Below are positions 17,201-25,283 of a stretch of 64,000 nt of DNA, in pieces (the first letter of the stretch is position 1; the number at the start of each line of letters is the position of its first letter). The stretch lies in the NCBI GenBank assembly GCA_035541435.1, contig DATKNL010000009.1, positions 14,687-78,686 on the forward strand. Direction: 5' to 3'. A program made the position numbers and the translations under genes. This DNA comes from Minisyncoccota bacterium. Lineage in GTDB: Bacteria; Patescibacteriota; Minisyncoccia; UBA6257; 2-01-FULL-56-20. The notes under the pieces are model-generated. The model searched no databases and was not told the origin of the DNA. It saw only the letters and a list, made by a program, of their open reading frames with translations.

Positions 17201-17730
17201 GCCGCCACGCTCACCGCAAGACCGGTGGCCGGAGCAACAACGACGCCGCCACCCGTGCCCGTGCCGGTGCCCGTACCTGTTCCGGTACCGGTGCCCGTGC
17301 CCGTGCTGGCCATGGCGTTAACGAATGCCCTGGTCTTAGGACCAAAGTATCCGGCTGCAGGGGAAATCGAGTTCGCCGCCTGGAAAGCCGCCAACGCCTT
17401 CTGAGTGAGGGCGCCGAAATAGGCCGTCGGAGCGGAAACCTTGAGATAACCCTTTGCGATCAGCATCTGCTGCAGCGAGGTGACGTCCGCGCCAGTCGAA
17501 CCCACGGTGAGGTCGTGAGTGAAACTGTAGGACATCATCGAGCCTGAGCTCGAACCTCCTGCATTGAGCTGACCCTGCAGCTGTGCGATCTGCTGCTGCA
17601 ACTGCGTAATCATCGCCTGAAGATCAGTCGCTGATTGAGCGTTTGCGAGCGGCATCGCAGCAACTCCCAGCATCGACAAAACTGTCGTTGCCGTGAGCGC
17701 CGCACCTAAAACTTTCTTAGTAATGCTCAT
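14212..17730 (-). CDS. Large secreted cell-surface protein (1172 aa): signal peptide, coiled coil, peptidoglycan-binding domain, (TG)n linker, then many Ig-like/beta-sandwich repeats. S-layer or adhesin-like
   Basis: Signal peptide MSITKKVLGAALTATTVLSMLGVAAMPLANA. PG_binding_1-like segment LTVGSTGADVTSLQQMLIAKGYL...YFGALTQKALAAFQAANSI. TGTGTGTGTGTGTGTGTG linker. Ser/Thr/Asn/Gly/Val-rich body. Confidence 0.8.
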   Translation of the reverse strand: MSITKKVLGAALTATTVLSMLGVAAMPLANAQSATDLQAMITQLQQQIAQLQGQLNAGGSSSGSMMSYSFTHDLTVGSTGADVTSLQQMLIAKGYLKVSAPTAYFGALTQKALAAFQAANSISPAAGYFGPKTRAFVNAMASTGTGTGTGTGTGTGTGTGGGVVVAPATGLAVSVAANNPVSGSLISTPSTCTGTCYGAARVPVLSVNLTAGNSGAVTVSELKFHKTGVLADNSISGAYLTQNGQVIAQYNSINQGVIDFAGLNLSIGAGQTANVTLAIDVAGGLAAGNTTAFSLQSASDVSAWTGSNTAVTATGVFPVNSGSFTVTTVSNPNLASLTITSSSIGTQVTAGTQANLVGAWQFNANNNPVWLQGVNFHVIGSANLANLQNVKLTINGTQAGKTLSSISQNGMAYFDLSASPVKLSTGNNSIQVFADVMGSPFMNFQFEVLNGYDVLAIDSQYNVPVTVVNTSGIGTQVSIQQGQITVTQDANTPTGNIARGTSQVTLAKYDVYASGEPVRLRWAGFDLAFTGLNVASDTSLGMVVKNISLTDDAGNQVGSTINTPPSGNTGCDATVGGGYTSGGSWPAATTTLQTLTYYDCFGTSGSQINYQIPANTNRVLSLKADIQTTANFSTVTANLLPETNAPLQGVISSQTTNIAGANGVALSMAANSLSVSANNALGQQNVSAGVTNQRIGSYVFQASSAEGVNVNNVQVSLPSGASNYLQNLHVLVNGTQFGSTIGSVAGGQTYTFSGAQFSVPVGGTATVDVYADTLSNATGTVSNITSLAGCTGSGATSFSSVSCNSTPGQNLAFNGTPSITISADSTNPPAGQIVQNSPGNTLAVFRVTETSNVENVKITQLNVVDSVVSTSVKAAFSNLSLYNGSTLLGTAGSPTIDASGTGYIYQFTSLSNPLVVPAGGSLSVSLKGDAGSFTGGSITDNSTSSFGIMTTTDSINNTTALAVVARGATSNHTANVTLQSASGNNQTVLRTTLVPQLASVGTHNSRVTNDNMATVTFSANSAGAAAVKQLTLTFTGTLIATTSATSTFMQGVDLIDQNGQSITTDGILSTSSTAGVAGGASKTWVFATSSPFAQISNGGNVTFTVRVNDNAGTATPANGISPGLTVNLQNTTDMQYVDSLDSQGLLITSIPQILPGNVALPLSASIVFPSGS
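17255..17312. repeat. Hexanucleotide tandem repeat (GGCACN/GGTACC-like) x ~9, encoding the (Thr-Gly)n linker of the surface protein
   Basis: Sequence gtgcccgtgccggtgcccgtacctgttccggtaccggtgcccgtgcccgt. Potentially length-variable (slipped-strand). Confidence 0.7.
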
Positions 17731-18179
17731 TTTAATTTATTGTTTGCGACATTTGATTTGATTATCGACCATGCGATCCCTTGCGGAATCGAATGACGTC
17801 GACCTTTTCCGTATGTCCAGCCGTACTTTTGCAGCGTGACTGAGGGCCACTCGGCAAAAGCACGGCTGGGCTCCGTTTCTTAATTGATTTCTGGATCGCT
17901 CGCCATCTTCATTCGCGATCACATCCGCAGTGAGGTTAGGACGGATCGTCGAAATCGGATGACGAACGAGATCTGTATCTTATAAAAGAAAAAGTCCGCT
18001 CTCTCATGAGGCAGACTCAAAATGCATGCATACTCCAGACCCAGGCCAATCCTTAATTGTCTTGCGGATCGACCGTTCCCTTCGCATTTTGATACCGCCT
18101 CACACGGTACCTTTACGTTAGATTATAACGTGGGCTCTTTGGAAAAGGTTACCCCCGTTATCCACTGTTTTCAAGGGTT

Positions 18180-18932
18180 TTACACAACCGGCATCGGTCC
18201 CGGCAGCGTCTGCCTGATCCGATAGAAAACCGCCGGGCCGCCCGTCCCCACCCGATCGATCAGGCCCTGCTCGACGAGCGTCTGCAGGTCATAGCGCAGG
18301 GTGCGCTCGCTCGCATTCGGCAGGATCTCTTGGATGTCCTTCATCCGGCAATTTCCCATTTGCCGGATTCGATCCAAAATTGCCGATTGCCGGATTGCCG
18401 ATTTCAGGATGCCGTTGATCTCGCTTTCCTGACCCTGCTTTTCGATGGGATCATTTTTTGGCTCCGAGGCTGCCTCCTCAACCATATTGCCGGATTCCTT
18501 TTCTTGCCGGATTGCCGGATTGGCATTGCCGGATTTCTCGCCCGTGTCGAAATTGCCGGATGAAAAGATTGATGCCAAATCGGGTTCCGGCCGGGACAAA
18601 ATTGCCGGATCATGGGATACCCCGTCGGCAACGCTCATGACGACGCTCAAAGCCCTGCCGAACGCCTGGATCTCCCCCAGCATGACGTCGCCGTTTGCCT
18701 GGTTCATCAGGCTGACATCCGAGGCGAACCGGGTGAAATATTCGAGTGTCGAGACGTTCTTCAGGGCACCCGCAAAATCGGTGCCGGCGACCGCTCCCAA
18801 AAGGGATACGGCAGCCGCTCTATAATATCCGGCAAAACCGGCATCGGTCATGACGCCGGAAATCCTGAAAACCGCATAAGCGATCTCATAGGCCTTCTTG
18901 AGCAGCCATGAGCTATTGCCGGATTCTTGCAT
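18180..18932 (-). CDS. Putative transcriptional regulator: N-terminal globular domain, low-complexity linker, C-terminal winged helix-turn-helix
   Basis: C-terminus ILPNASERTLRYDLQTLVEQGLIDRVGTGGPAVFYRI is wHTH-like. The track ORF begins with TTG; the first ATG is M8 (18932). The gene body and its promoter carry the TTGCCGGAT motif array. Confidence 0.5.
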   Translation of the reverse strand: MQESGNSSWLLKKAYEIAYAVFRISGVMTDAGFAGYYRAAAVSLLGAVAGTDFAGALKNVSTLEYFTRFASDVSLMNQANGDVMLGEIQAFGRALSVVMSVADGVSHDPAILSRPEPDLASIFSSGNFDTGEKSGNANPAIRQEKESGNMVEEAASEPKNDPIEKQGQESEINGILKSAIRQSAILDRIRQMGNCRMKDIQEILPNASERTLRYDLQTLVEQGLIDRVGTGGPAVFYRIRQTLPGPMPVV

Positions 18933-19497
18933 GCCGCAAGTATAATCCGGCAATTCTCGAAAATCAAGCTATTTTATGGGAACGACCCAGTCGCCCACGA
19001 AACGCATGAAATCGTCGCGCCGGTCCTCCATCTGGTATTCCTGAAGATGCCACTTGGGGTGGCATTCGGGAGTCCATTCGTAATGGCCGCGGACCTCGCG
19101 GTCCTTGAAAACCCTGAGGTGATACTGCTTTTCGAAGCCGTCGAGGCGGCGGACGCTGATGATCTGCTCGTCGTCAATCCAGGCGACGAAGTGGTTGCCG
19201 AACTGCTGGCCCTCGAGATATTTCACGAAATCCGCGACTTTGACGTCGGGTGCGAGCTTGCCGATCACGAACTCCTGGCGGCTGACGCCGTGGCGGATGA
19301 AACCGGTCTTCAAAAGGAAGTCCCTCCCCCATTCGAAACCATCCGAGATGATGTATTTCCAAAGGAAATACTTGATTTTCCTTGTCAGCCCTTCCGGATA
19401 GGGCAAAACCGAATCGGCGATTCGGCTCGTAAGGGTCTCGTCCATAAGTACCCCTCCACCCTACCATAAATAACCGGCAATTTCCAGGTCTTGCCGG
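18343..19497. promoter_or_regulatory. Array of >=14 copies of motif (A)ATTGCCGGAT(T) in both orientations, including three palindromic operators: ATCCGGCAA-N8-TTGCCGGAT (18343-18367), ATTGCCGGATT-N18-AATCCGGCAAT (18915-18954, over the wHTH gene start/-10), and CCGGCAA-N10-TTGCCGG (19474-19497, just upstream of the 158-aa gene)
   Basis: Copies at ~18343, 18359, 18379-18404 (three tandem), 18486, 18503, 18511, 18525, 18551, 18601, 18827 (reverse), 18915, 18944 (reverse), 19474 (reverse), 19491. Spacing is irregular and not a multiple of 3, so the repeats are DNA-level rather than protein repeats. Confidence 0.6.
18969..19445 (-). CDS. Hypothetical cytoplasmic protein (158 aa) with the palindromic TTGCCGG operator in its promoter
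   Basis: Balanced composition (MDETLTSRIADSVLPYPEGLTRKIKYFLWKYIISDGFEWGRDFLLK...). RBS GGAGGGG 7 nt upstream of the ATG. Confidence 0.55.
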   Translation of the reverse strand: MDETLTSRIADSVLPYPEGLTRKIKYFLWKYIISDGFEWGRDFLLKTGFIRHGVSRQEFVIGKLAPDVKVADFVKYLEGQQFGNHFVAWIDDEQIISVRRLDGFEKQYHLRVFKDREVRGHYEWTPECHPKWHLQEYQMEDRRDDFMRFVGDWVVPIK

Positions 19498-19509
19498 GTG
19501 CCGGAAAGG

Positions 19510-20838
19510 CTACTGATATTGGATATAGCTCGGCTCCGGCGTGAGCTTGAGGAGCTGTGCCGGGCCGAGAAGATAGCTCCCGGGGACCTTCACGTCGTTC
19601 TTATAGAAGATCTTGAACCCGGTGAACTGCACCGGCTCGGGCTCGATGAAGTCCTGATAGGTGCCGATCTTCTGGGACGGCGGCCCGAACCCGTCCATGT
19701 CCATCACGACCTGCACCTCGGGCAGCGGGGTGATGTCCTTATAGTTCGTGACCATGGCCTGGGTGAACCGGTGGACGACCAGGATCTTCGGGGGCAGGTT
19801 GTTGTCGTGGACGATGGTCGCGAGGTATCGGGCGGCGAAGTCGATGTTCGAGGCGTCGAGCGTCCCGATGACCGTCCCCGGCTGCCGGCCGTTGTGCATG
19901 GCGAATTCGGGATCGATCGAGAGCTCCACGTTCGGCAGCTTGAGGTACTGGGCAAGGAGCGGGACCTCGGTTTCGACGCTGCTCAAGCCGACCTGCACGT
20001 CGAGGAACACGATGCCGTGCAGGGCGTTCGCCATGTCGATCGCCTTCTGGACCTGGTCTGGCGGCATGCGCAGCCGGTATTTGCCGTCGGGGCCGGGACT
20101 CCCCTGCGCCGAGACCACGATGTAGTCGAGGGCGGGAATGACCGGCGTCGAGGGGTCGGCGGCGGCCCACATGGCCGAGGTCGAGGCGAGCTTCGCCATG
20201 ACGACGTCGGGGGCGAATTCGCCCAAGATGCCCATCTGGGTCGAATAGAAGTTGCCGTAATAGGCGACGATGCGGTTGAAGGGCAGGAGCGCTCCGGGCA
20301 GCGGATAGGGGGCGCCCGCCACCGGCCAGCCGCTCACGAGCTTCTTATAGGTGGTCGTCGTCATGACGATGGTCGACGTTCCGAACTGCACGGTCGAGGT
20401 CACCGTCACCTTCTTCACCGGAACATCGGCGATCGTGGTCATCTTCGCGTCATAGGCGGCGGTATCGAGCGCGGTCCCGGCGGGTTCGGTGCCGAAGGGC
20501 GCCTGGCTCGTCCCGTCGGCCATCATGGCCAGGATCTCGGAACTGGTCGGCGTGAATGTGAGCGGTTTGCCGGCTCCAGTCGGCGTCGCCCCCTGGTGAG
20601 ACCCCGTTTGGGCGGTTGTTGTTGTCGTCGTGGTGGTGGTCGTGGCCGTTGTTCCCGTCGCTAGGGCCGTCGTCCCGGTCGCGCCGCCGGCCTGCGCGGT
20701 CGTTGTCGCGGCATCCGAAACCGCTTTACCGCTCGTGAGGGTAAGCGTCTTTGAGGTACTGCCGGCATACCAAACGACCCCGACGATGCAGAGGGCGATC
20801 ACGACGATGCCGATCAATTGTTTCGAGCCACCGCTCAT
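19510..20838 (-). CDS. Membrane-anchored extracytoplasmic protein: N-terminal TM, poly-Thr linker, C-terminal globular domain (possible glycoside-hydrolase-like/DUF4015-like)
   Basis: IGIVVIALCIVGVVWYA TM helix, then TTATTTTTTTTTT, then a ~300-aa domain (IVFLDVQVG, IDPEF). Confidence 0.6.
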   Translation of the reverse strand: MSGGSKQLIGIVVIALCIVGVVWYAGSTSKTLTLTSGKAVSDAATTTAQAGGATGTTALATGTTATTTTTTTTTTAQTGSHQGATPTGAGKPLTFTPTSSEILAMMADGTSQAPFGTEPAGTALDTAAYDAKMTTIADVPVKKVTVTSTVQFGTSTIVMTTTTYKKLVSGWPVAGAPYPLPGALLPFNRIVAYYGNFYSTQMGILGEFAPDVVMAKLASTSAMWAAADPSTPVIPALDYIVVSAQGSPGPDGKYRLRMPPDQVQKAIDMANALHGIVFLDVQVGLSSVETEVPLLAQYLKLPNVELSIDPEFAMHNGRQPGTVIGTLDASNIDFAARYLATIVHDNNLPPKILVVHRFTQAMVTNYKDITPLPEVQVVMDMDGFGPPSQKIGTYQDFIEPEPVQFTGFKIFYKNDVKVPGSYLLGPAQLLKLTPEPSYIQYQ

Positions 20839-20912
20839 TCCTCATATCTTATGCGAAAGCGGTTTTGGTGGATAGGGTGCAAAACCGTCGCGACGCCAGA
20901 TTCGCGCGTGTG

Positions 20913-20944
20913 AAAAATCGAAAGGACCCGTTGCCGGGTCCTTT
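20913..20944 (-). terminator. Rho-independent terminator downstream of the ABC permease gene
   Basis: Hairpin AAAGGACCCG-TTGC-CGGGTCCTTT, with a T-tract on the minus strand. Confidence 0.55.
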
Positions 20945-21074
20945 CGTCCAAACGAGGCTGGCCTGGTCACCACCAAAGCTCATTCAGTATGAGTTCGGCA
21001 ACAACCGAAGTCAATCATGATTTAAGGATTTTTTAACAATTCCTTTTCGCGGTGGAGGTGCGGGGATGCCTTCC

Positions 21075-22790
21075 CTACCCGATATCCTCGACGAACGGAT
21101 TGAACGTGCCGAGATCCTGCGAGAGCGTCGCGGCGGCGGCAATGATGAAAAGCGCCGAGAGCGCGACGAAGGCGGCGAGAGGCGCGAGCGCGCCGACGAG
21201 CAGCGCCTGATAGAAGATCCACGTCCCGAGCGCGCCATACCCGAGCGACAGGAACGTGAACCCGAGGCCGGGCAGCGACGTGCTCACGATCTCGGGATCA
21301 TCCGACTCGGTGTTCGGGAACCGCGCACCGAGCGCGAGGCCGAACGTCGTGATGGCGAGCACCATCACCGCGATCGTCGCGAGGAAAAGCCCGACCTGCA
21401 CGATCGGCACGCCGAGGATCGACGCGTTCGCGATGCCGAGTCCGAGGCCGAAGACCAGGAAGACCGCGCTATAGAACGCGAGCTTCGAGAAGAAGACCGC
21501 GCGCGGCGAGATCGGCGCCGTCCCGAGGATCCACCGCATCCGCCGGTCGACGCTGAACGAGGGCAGGGCGAACCGCAGCGAGAACGTGCTCGTGAAGAAC
21601 ACCGTGGTCGCGACCTGCAGCGACTGGATGGCGGCGACGATGGTCGCGGTGCTCACGCCGTATTCCGCGGAGTTGCGGTGCAGAAAGAGGTTGAGGGCGC
21701 TCTGGATGATCCAGAGGCCGAGCATGAAAAGAATCCACAGAAGGTCGCGCAGGCTGCGGAAGGTGGTGACCGCCTCCTTTTCGAAAATCGCGCCGATCGG
21801 CGACCTGAAATAGCGCGGGAACGCCCGGGGCGGCTCGTTCGCGGCCGTCCGCGCGGCGGCATCCGCGTCGTCACCGAGGGCGGTCCGCGCCTCGAAGTCC
21901 TGCTCCTGCAGCCGCTGCCACACCGGCAGATAGGCGAACGACAGGAGCCAGATGAGGACGCCGACGACCGCGACGGCGAGCGCAAGGGCGGCAAGATAGC
22001 TCCACGCGAGGAGCCAGGCGTGGTCCTGGAGCGCGAGCATGATGAGCGCCATGCCGTGCGTCGGAACGTACCAGAACGCCGCCGTGATCCCCGAGACGTC
22101 CGCCTGCGCCGCGGCGAGCGGGCCCGAGACGAAGAGCCGGACGATGTCCATGTCCGCGATCCTGCGCGCCATGAAATAGGTCGCGCCGCCGACGAGCGCG
22201 GCTGCGGCGAGCGCAAGCCACTTCATCTGAAGGAGGCCTGCCTTCGCTCCCTGCGCGACATAGAAGAGCGCGGCAAGCGCCATGATGAAGACGATCGCCG
22301 AACCCGACGCCCCCGCCGCGAGGAGCACGAGCCCGACGAGCGCCGAAAGGACAGCGGCCGCTCCCCCGCCGTACACCCCGGCGAGCGCGATGACGGCCGG
22401 CAGGCCGATCACGAGAAGCGGCCAGAGCGACGACTCGAAGATGCGCAGGATCGAACCGACGAGGAGAATCTTATAGTTCGGCGTCGCCGCGACCCACTCG
22501 TTCGCGCCGGCGCGGAAGAGCGTGAAGAGCGCAGAGATCACCGCGCTCACGAACATGAGATAACCGAGCACGAGGAAGAAGACCTCGTAGGTATAGAGCG
22601 GGAGCGTCTCGCGGCCATAGGCTTCGTGCTGCATGAGCGTGAAGCCGGCGCGGACGAAGAAGAAGATCCCGACCGCGATCGCGACGACGAGCAGCATGAA
22701 GAGCGCGATCGTGATCGCCTTCGCGACGGTCCGGGTGCCCATATAGCGCCTGAACCCGAGTCCGGAATATTTGAAGAGGAGCAAAAGCAT
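21075..22790 (-). CDS. ABC transporter permease (multi-TM, ~12 TM)
   Basis: Highly hydrophobic 571-aa protein immediately downstream of the ABC ATPase gene, same strand. Confidence 0.65.
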   Translation of the reverse strand: MLLLLFKYSGLGFRRYMGTRTVAKAITIALFMLLVVAIAVGIFFFVRAGFTLMQHEAYGRETLPLYTYEVFFLVLGYLMFVSAVISALFTLFRAGANEWVAATPNYKILLVGSILRIFESSLWPLLVIGLPAVIALAGVYGGGAAAVLSALVGLVLLAAGASGSAIVFIMALAALFYVAQGAKAGLLQMKWLALAAAALVGGATYFMARRIADMDIVRLFVSGPLAAAQADVSGITAAFWYVPTHGMALIMLALQDHAWLLAWSYLAALALAVAVVGVLIWLLSFAYLPVWQRLQEQDFEARTALGDDADAAARTAANEPPRAFPRYFRSPIGAIFEKEAVTTFRSLRDLLWILFMLGLWIIQSALNLFLHRNSAEYGVSTATIVAAIQSLQVATTVFFTSTFSLRFALPSFSVDRRMRWILGTAPISPRAVFFSKLAFYSAVFLVFGLGLGIANASILGVPIVQVGLFLATIAVMVLAITTFGLALGARFPNTESDDPEIVSTSLPGLGFTFLSLGYGALGTWIFYQALLVGALAPLAAFVALSALFIIAAAATLSQDLGTFNPFVEDIG

Positions 22791-22800
22791 GGGGCGGCGC

Positions 22801-23532
22801 TTAGGAACGTTCCGCGATCGCGACGTAGACGTCCTCGAGGCTCGCGTCGTGCGCGCAGTGCGCCTGCGCGCGGAGCTCGTCCATCGTTCCGACCGCGGCG
22901 AGGCGGCCGCGGCTCATGATGCCGATGCGGGTCGCGATCTCCTGCGCGAAGGAAAGGGTGTGCGTCGCGATGAGCGCCGCGTGGCCGCCCTCCCCCGCGA
23001 ACTTCGTGAACAGCCCCTTCGCCGTGCGGGCGCTCAGGGGGTCGAGGCCGACGATCGGCTCGTCGACGAGGAGCAGCTTCGGCTTGTGGAGCAGTGCGGC
23101 GAGGATGGAGAACTTCTGCTTGTTGCCGCGCGAATAGGTTTCGAAATAATGCTTCTCGATGCCTTCGAGCCTGAACGTGCCGAGCAGGTCGCGCACGGCC
23201 TCCATGCGTTCCGCTTCGGGAACGTCGAACAGCGATCCGACGAAGTGCAGGAACTGCTCCCCCGTCATGCCGGGCCAGGCCGAGGGATCGTCGGGGATGT
23301 ACCCGATCATCGCCTTCGTCTCGCGCGGCGACGTCACGACATCCTTCCCGCCCACGGTGACCGTGCCGCCGTCGGGCCGCAGAAGGCCGGCGATCGACTT
23401 GATGATCGTCGTCTTTCCCGCGCCGTTCGGACCGATGAGGCAGAAGACCTCCCCGTCCTTCACCTCGAACGAGACGCCCTTCACGGCATCGAGGTCGCCA
23501 AATGACTTCGAAAGCGATTGTACGTTCAGCAT
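22801..23532 (-). CDS. ABC transporter ATP-binding protein
   Basis: Walker A GPNGAGKTT, signature YSRGNKQKF, Walker B LLLVDEP. Confidence 0.9.
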   Translation of the reverse strand: MLNVQSLSKSFGDLDAVKGVSFEVKDGEVFCLIGPNGAGKTTIIKSIAGLLRPDGGTVTVGGKDVVTSPRETKAMIGYIPDDPSAWPGMTGEQFLHFVGSLFDVPEAERMEAVRDLLGTFRLEGIEKHYFETYSRGNKQKFSILAALLHKPKLLLVDEPIVGLDPLSARTAKGLFTKFAGEGGHAALIATHTLSFAQEIATRIGIMSRGRLAAVGTMDELRAQAHCAHDASLEDVYVAIAERS

Positions 23533-23628
23533 GATTCTCTCGTGGCTCTTGCCTTCATTGTAGCAGGCCGGGGCGGGACTGCATATAAAAGAGGACCCCG
23601 AAGGGTCCTCGCTGTTTTTTTTCGAACG

Positions 23629-23919
23629 TCATCCAGCCGCTTGAGCGGCGAGCATGGCCGGAACATCGCAGAATGCCGCCTTGTCCGCGGGAACGCCGAA
23701 ATCATCGAGGACCTCCTCGATGACGCGCCGGTCAAGCGCGACGATGGTGAACTGACGACCCTGCCTCGTGACGACGATGCTGTCGGGCAGGACATAGGTC
23801 GCGCCATGACGCGACTGGACAATTTCATATTTGGCATCCTGACGGAGCCGTTCAAGGATCTTCTTCCGCCGGTCCCCCGACGGCTTGATCATGCCGACCG
23901 ACAAATACAATCTGATCAT
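23629..23919 (-). CDS. Hypothetical small protein (96 aa)
   Basis: Balanced composition. The opposite-strand ORF 23518..24693 is Arg-rich. Confidence 0.4.
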   Translation of the reverse strand: MIRLYLSVGMIKPSGDRRKKILERLRQDAKYEIVQSRHGATYVLPDSIVVTRQGRQFTIVALDRRVIEEVLDDFGVPADKAAFCDVPAMLAAQAAG

Positions 23920-23964
23920 CCGCGCATTCCTCCTGAGGGAATCATGACAACGAGCACGCTTATC

Positions 23965-24636
23965 CTAAGCGTCTCGCTGCGGATTGTCCAGCAGGCCGGT
24001 CTCTTCAACCGTCGTGACGATGCGATCGGCGGCGGCAAGGTCGGCCTTCGGATGGGTGTTCGCGACGCCGATCGCCATCATGCCCGCCGATTTCGCGGAC
24101 TGGATGCCCGCCGGCGTGTCCTCGATCACGACGCACGCGGCGGGTGCGACGCCGAGCTTTTGCGCGGCGAGCAGATAGGGCTCGGGATGCGGCTTGCCGT
24201 GCGCCACGTCCTCGGCCGCGACGATCACCGCGAAGCGGTCCGCGACGCCGAATTCGGCGAGGGTCTCGCGGACTTCCGACGCAAGCGCGCTCGAGACGAG
24301 GGCAAGTTTGTAATGTTCCGCGCAGCGCTTGATGAAATCGATCACGCCGGGATAGGCGTGATGGCGGCCCTCGCCCGCGACAAGCGACGCATAGATCGCC
24401 GCCTTCTCGCGGATCAGCCGCGGGACGTCGAGCGCCGCGCTGAACACGGCGCCGAGATTCGCGAAACCTTCCTCGTCGGTGCGTCCCATGCAGTTCGCGA
24501 CGAAATAGTCCTGCGTGAGCTCGAACCCGTGCCGGCGCATGACCTCGACGAACGCCCGCGCGTGCAGCGCCTCGTCGTCGACGATCACGCCGTTCATGTC
24601 GAAGATGACGGCGGCGGGCTTCCGCGGATCGTCCAT
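23965..24636 (-). CDS. HAD-superfamily hydrolase (beta-phosphoglucomutase-like subfamily IA)
   Basis: AVIFDMNGVIVDD (DxD motif), with VIEDTPAGIQSAKSAGMMAIGV as C-terminal motif III/IV. Confidence 0.8.
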   Translation of the reverse strand: MDDPRKPAAVIFDMNGVIVDDEALHARAFVEVMRRHGFELTQDYFVANCMGRTDEEGFANLGAVFSAALDVPRLIREKAAIYASLVAGEGRHHAYPGVIDFIKRCAEHYKLALVSSALASEVRETLAEFGVADRFAVIVAAEDVAHGKPHPEPYLLAAQKLGVAPAACVVIEDTPAGIQSAKSAGMMAIGVANTHPKADLAAADRIVTTVEETGLLDNPQRDA

Positions 24637-24637
24637 G

Positions 24638-25159
24638 TCAGCCTTTCGGAAGGTTCAGCTTCGAGAAGGCCAGGAGGAACGCGGGGATCATGAGGTCCTT
24701 GCGCGTGAGCGTCTTCGACGAGAAATAGATGACGGGATCGTCCTCGCCGGCGAGGCGCTGCGTGAGCGCATCGACCTTCACGTGCATATCCTGCACTTCC
24801 TTCACCATCCATTCGGGAACGTTGATGCTCGACGTGAAGCCCGCGGCGGTCTGCCCGTCCTTCATGTGCAGCGCGACGCAGATCACGTAATACCATTCGG
24901 CGGCGCTATAGACATAGGTGAGGCAGTTCTCGACGCCAACGCCGACGTCGACGGCCGGATGCGTGAGCGCCTGTTCGGCATAGCCGCCGGCGCGCTTGAA
25001 AAGCTCCTCGAACCCGAACGCCTGCTCGGTCGACGACGGCCGCTCGAGCGATTCGTCGTGCACGATCGACGCCTCGATGTTCAGGCGCTTCAGGGCCTCC
25101 GCGAGGGCCTGCTGCTTCGGTTCGATGTAGCGCTTGGAGGTGTAAAAGCCGATGTTCAT
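24638..25159 (-). CDS. Non-canonical purine NTP phosphatase-like (DUF84 / YjjX family)
   Basis: TEQAFGFEELFKRAGGYAE...WYYVICVALHMKDGQ...VIYFSSKTLTRKDLMIPAFLLAFSKL parallels YjjX (EQPFGSEETRAGA...DFWVAIEAGI...[25 protein letters not shown]). Confidence 0.55.
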   Translation of the reverse strand: MNIGFYTSKRYIEPKQQALAEALKRLNIEASIVHDESLERPSSTEQAFGFEELFKRAGGYAEQALTHPAVDVGVGVENCLTYVYSAAEWYYVICVALHMKDGQTAAGFTSSINVPEWMVKEVQDMHVKVDALTQRLAGEDDPVIYFSSKTLTRKDLMIPAFLLAFSKLNLPKG

Positions 25160-25283
25160 GGTCGGGATGGGTTCGCTTTCAGTATAGCAGGACGGGGTAG
25201 GCGGGTCGCTTTTCGTTGTAAAACCTTGCCCGTTCTGCTATAAGGAAAGAAGAACGTTAATCCGCTACGAAGGGAGCGAATCC

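Noticed and set aside
17147-17404. Plus-strand ORF encoding PVPVPVPVPVPVPV
   Set aside because: It is the antisense reading of the (TG)n-coding hexanucleotide repeat inside the large minus-strand surface-protein gene.
18343-18612. TTGCCGGAT repeats as a CRISPR array or as protein-coding tandem repeats
   Set aside because: Spacing is irregular (9-40 bp), copies occur in both orientations, there is no conserved repeat unit of 24-48 bp, and the period is not a multiple of 3. There are no cas genes nearby. Interpreted instead as transcription-factor binding sites.
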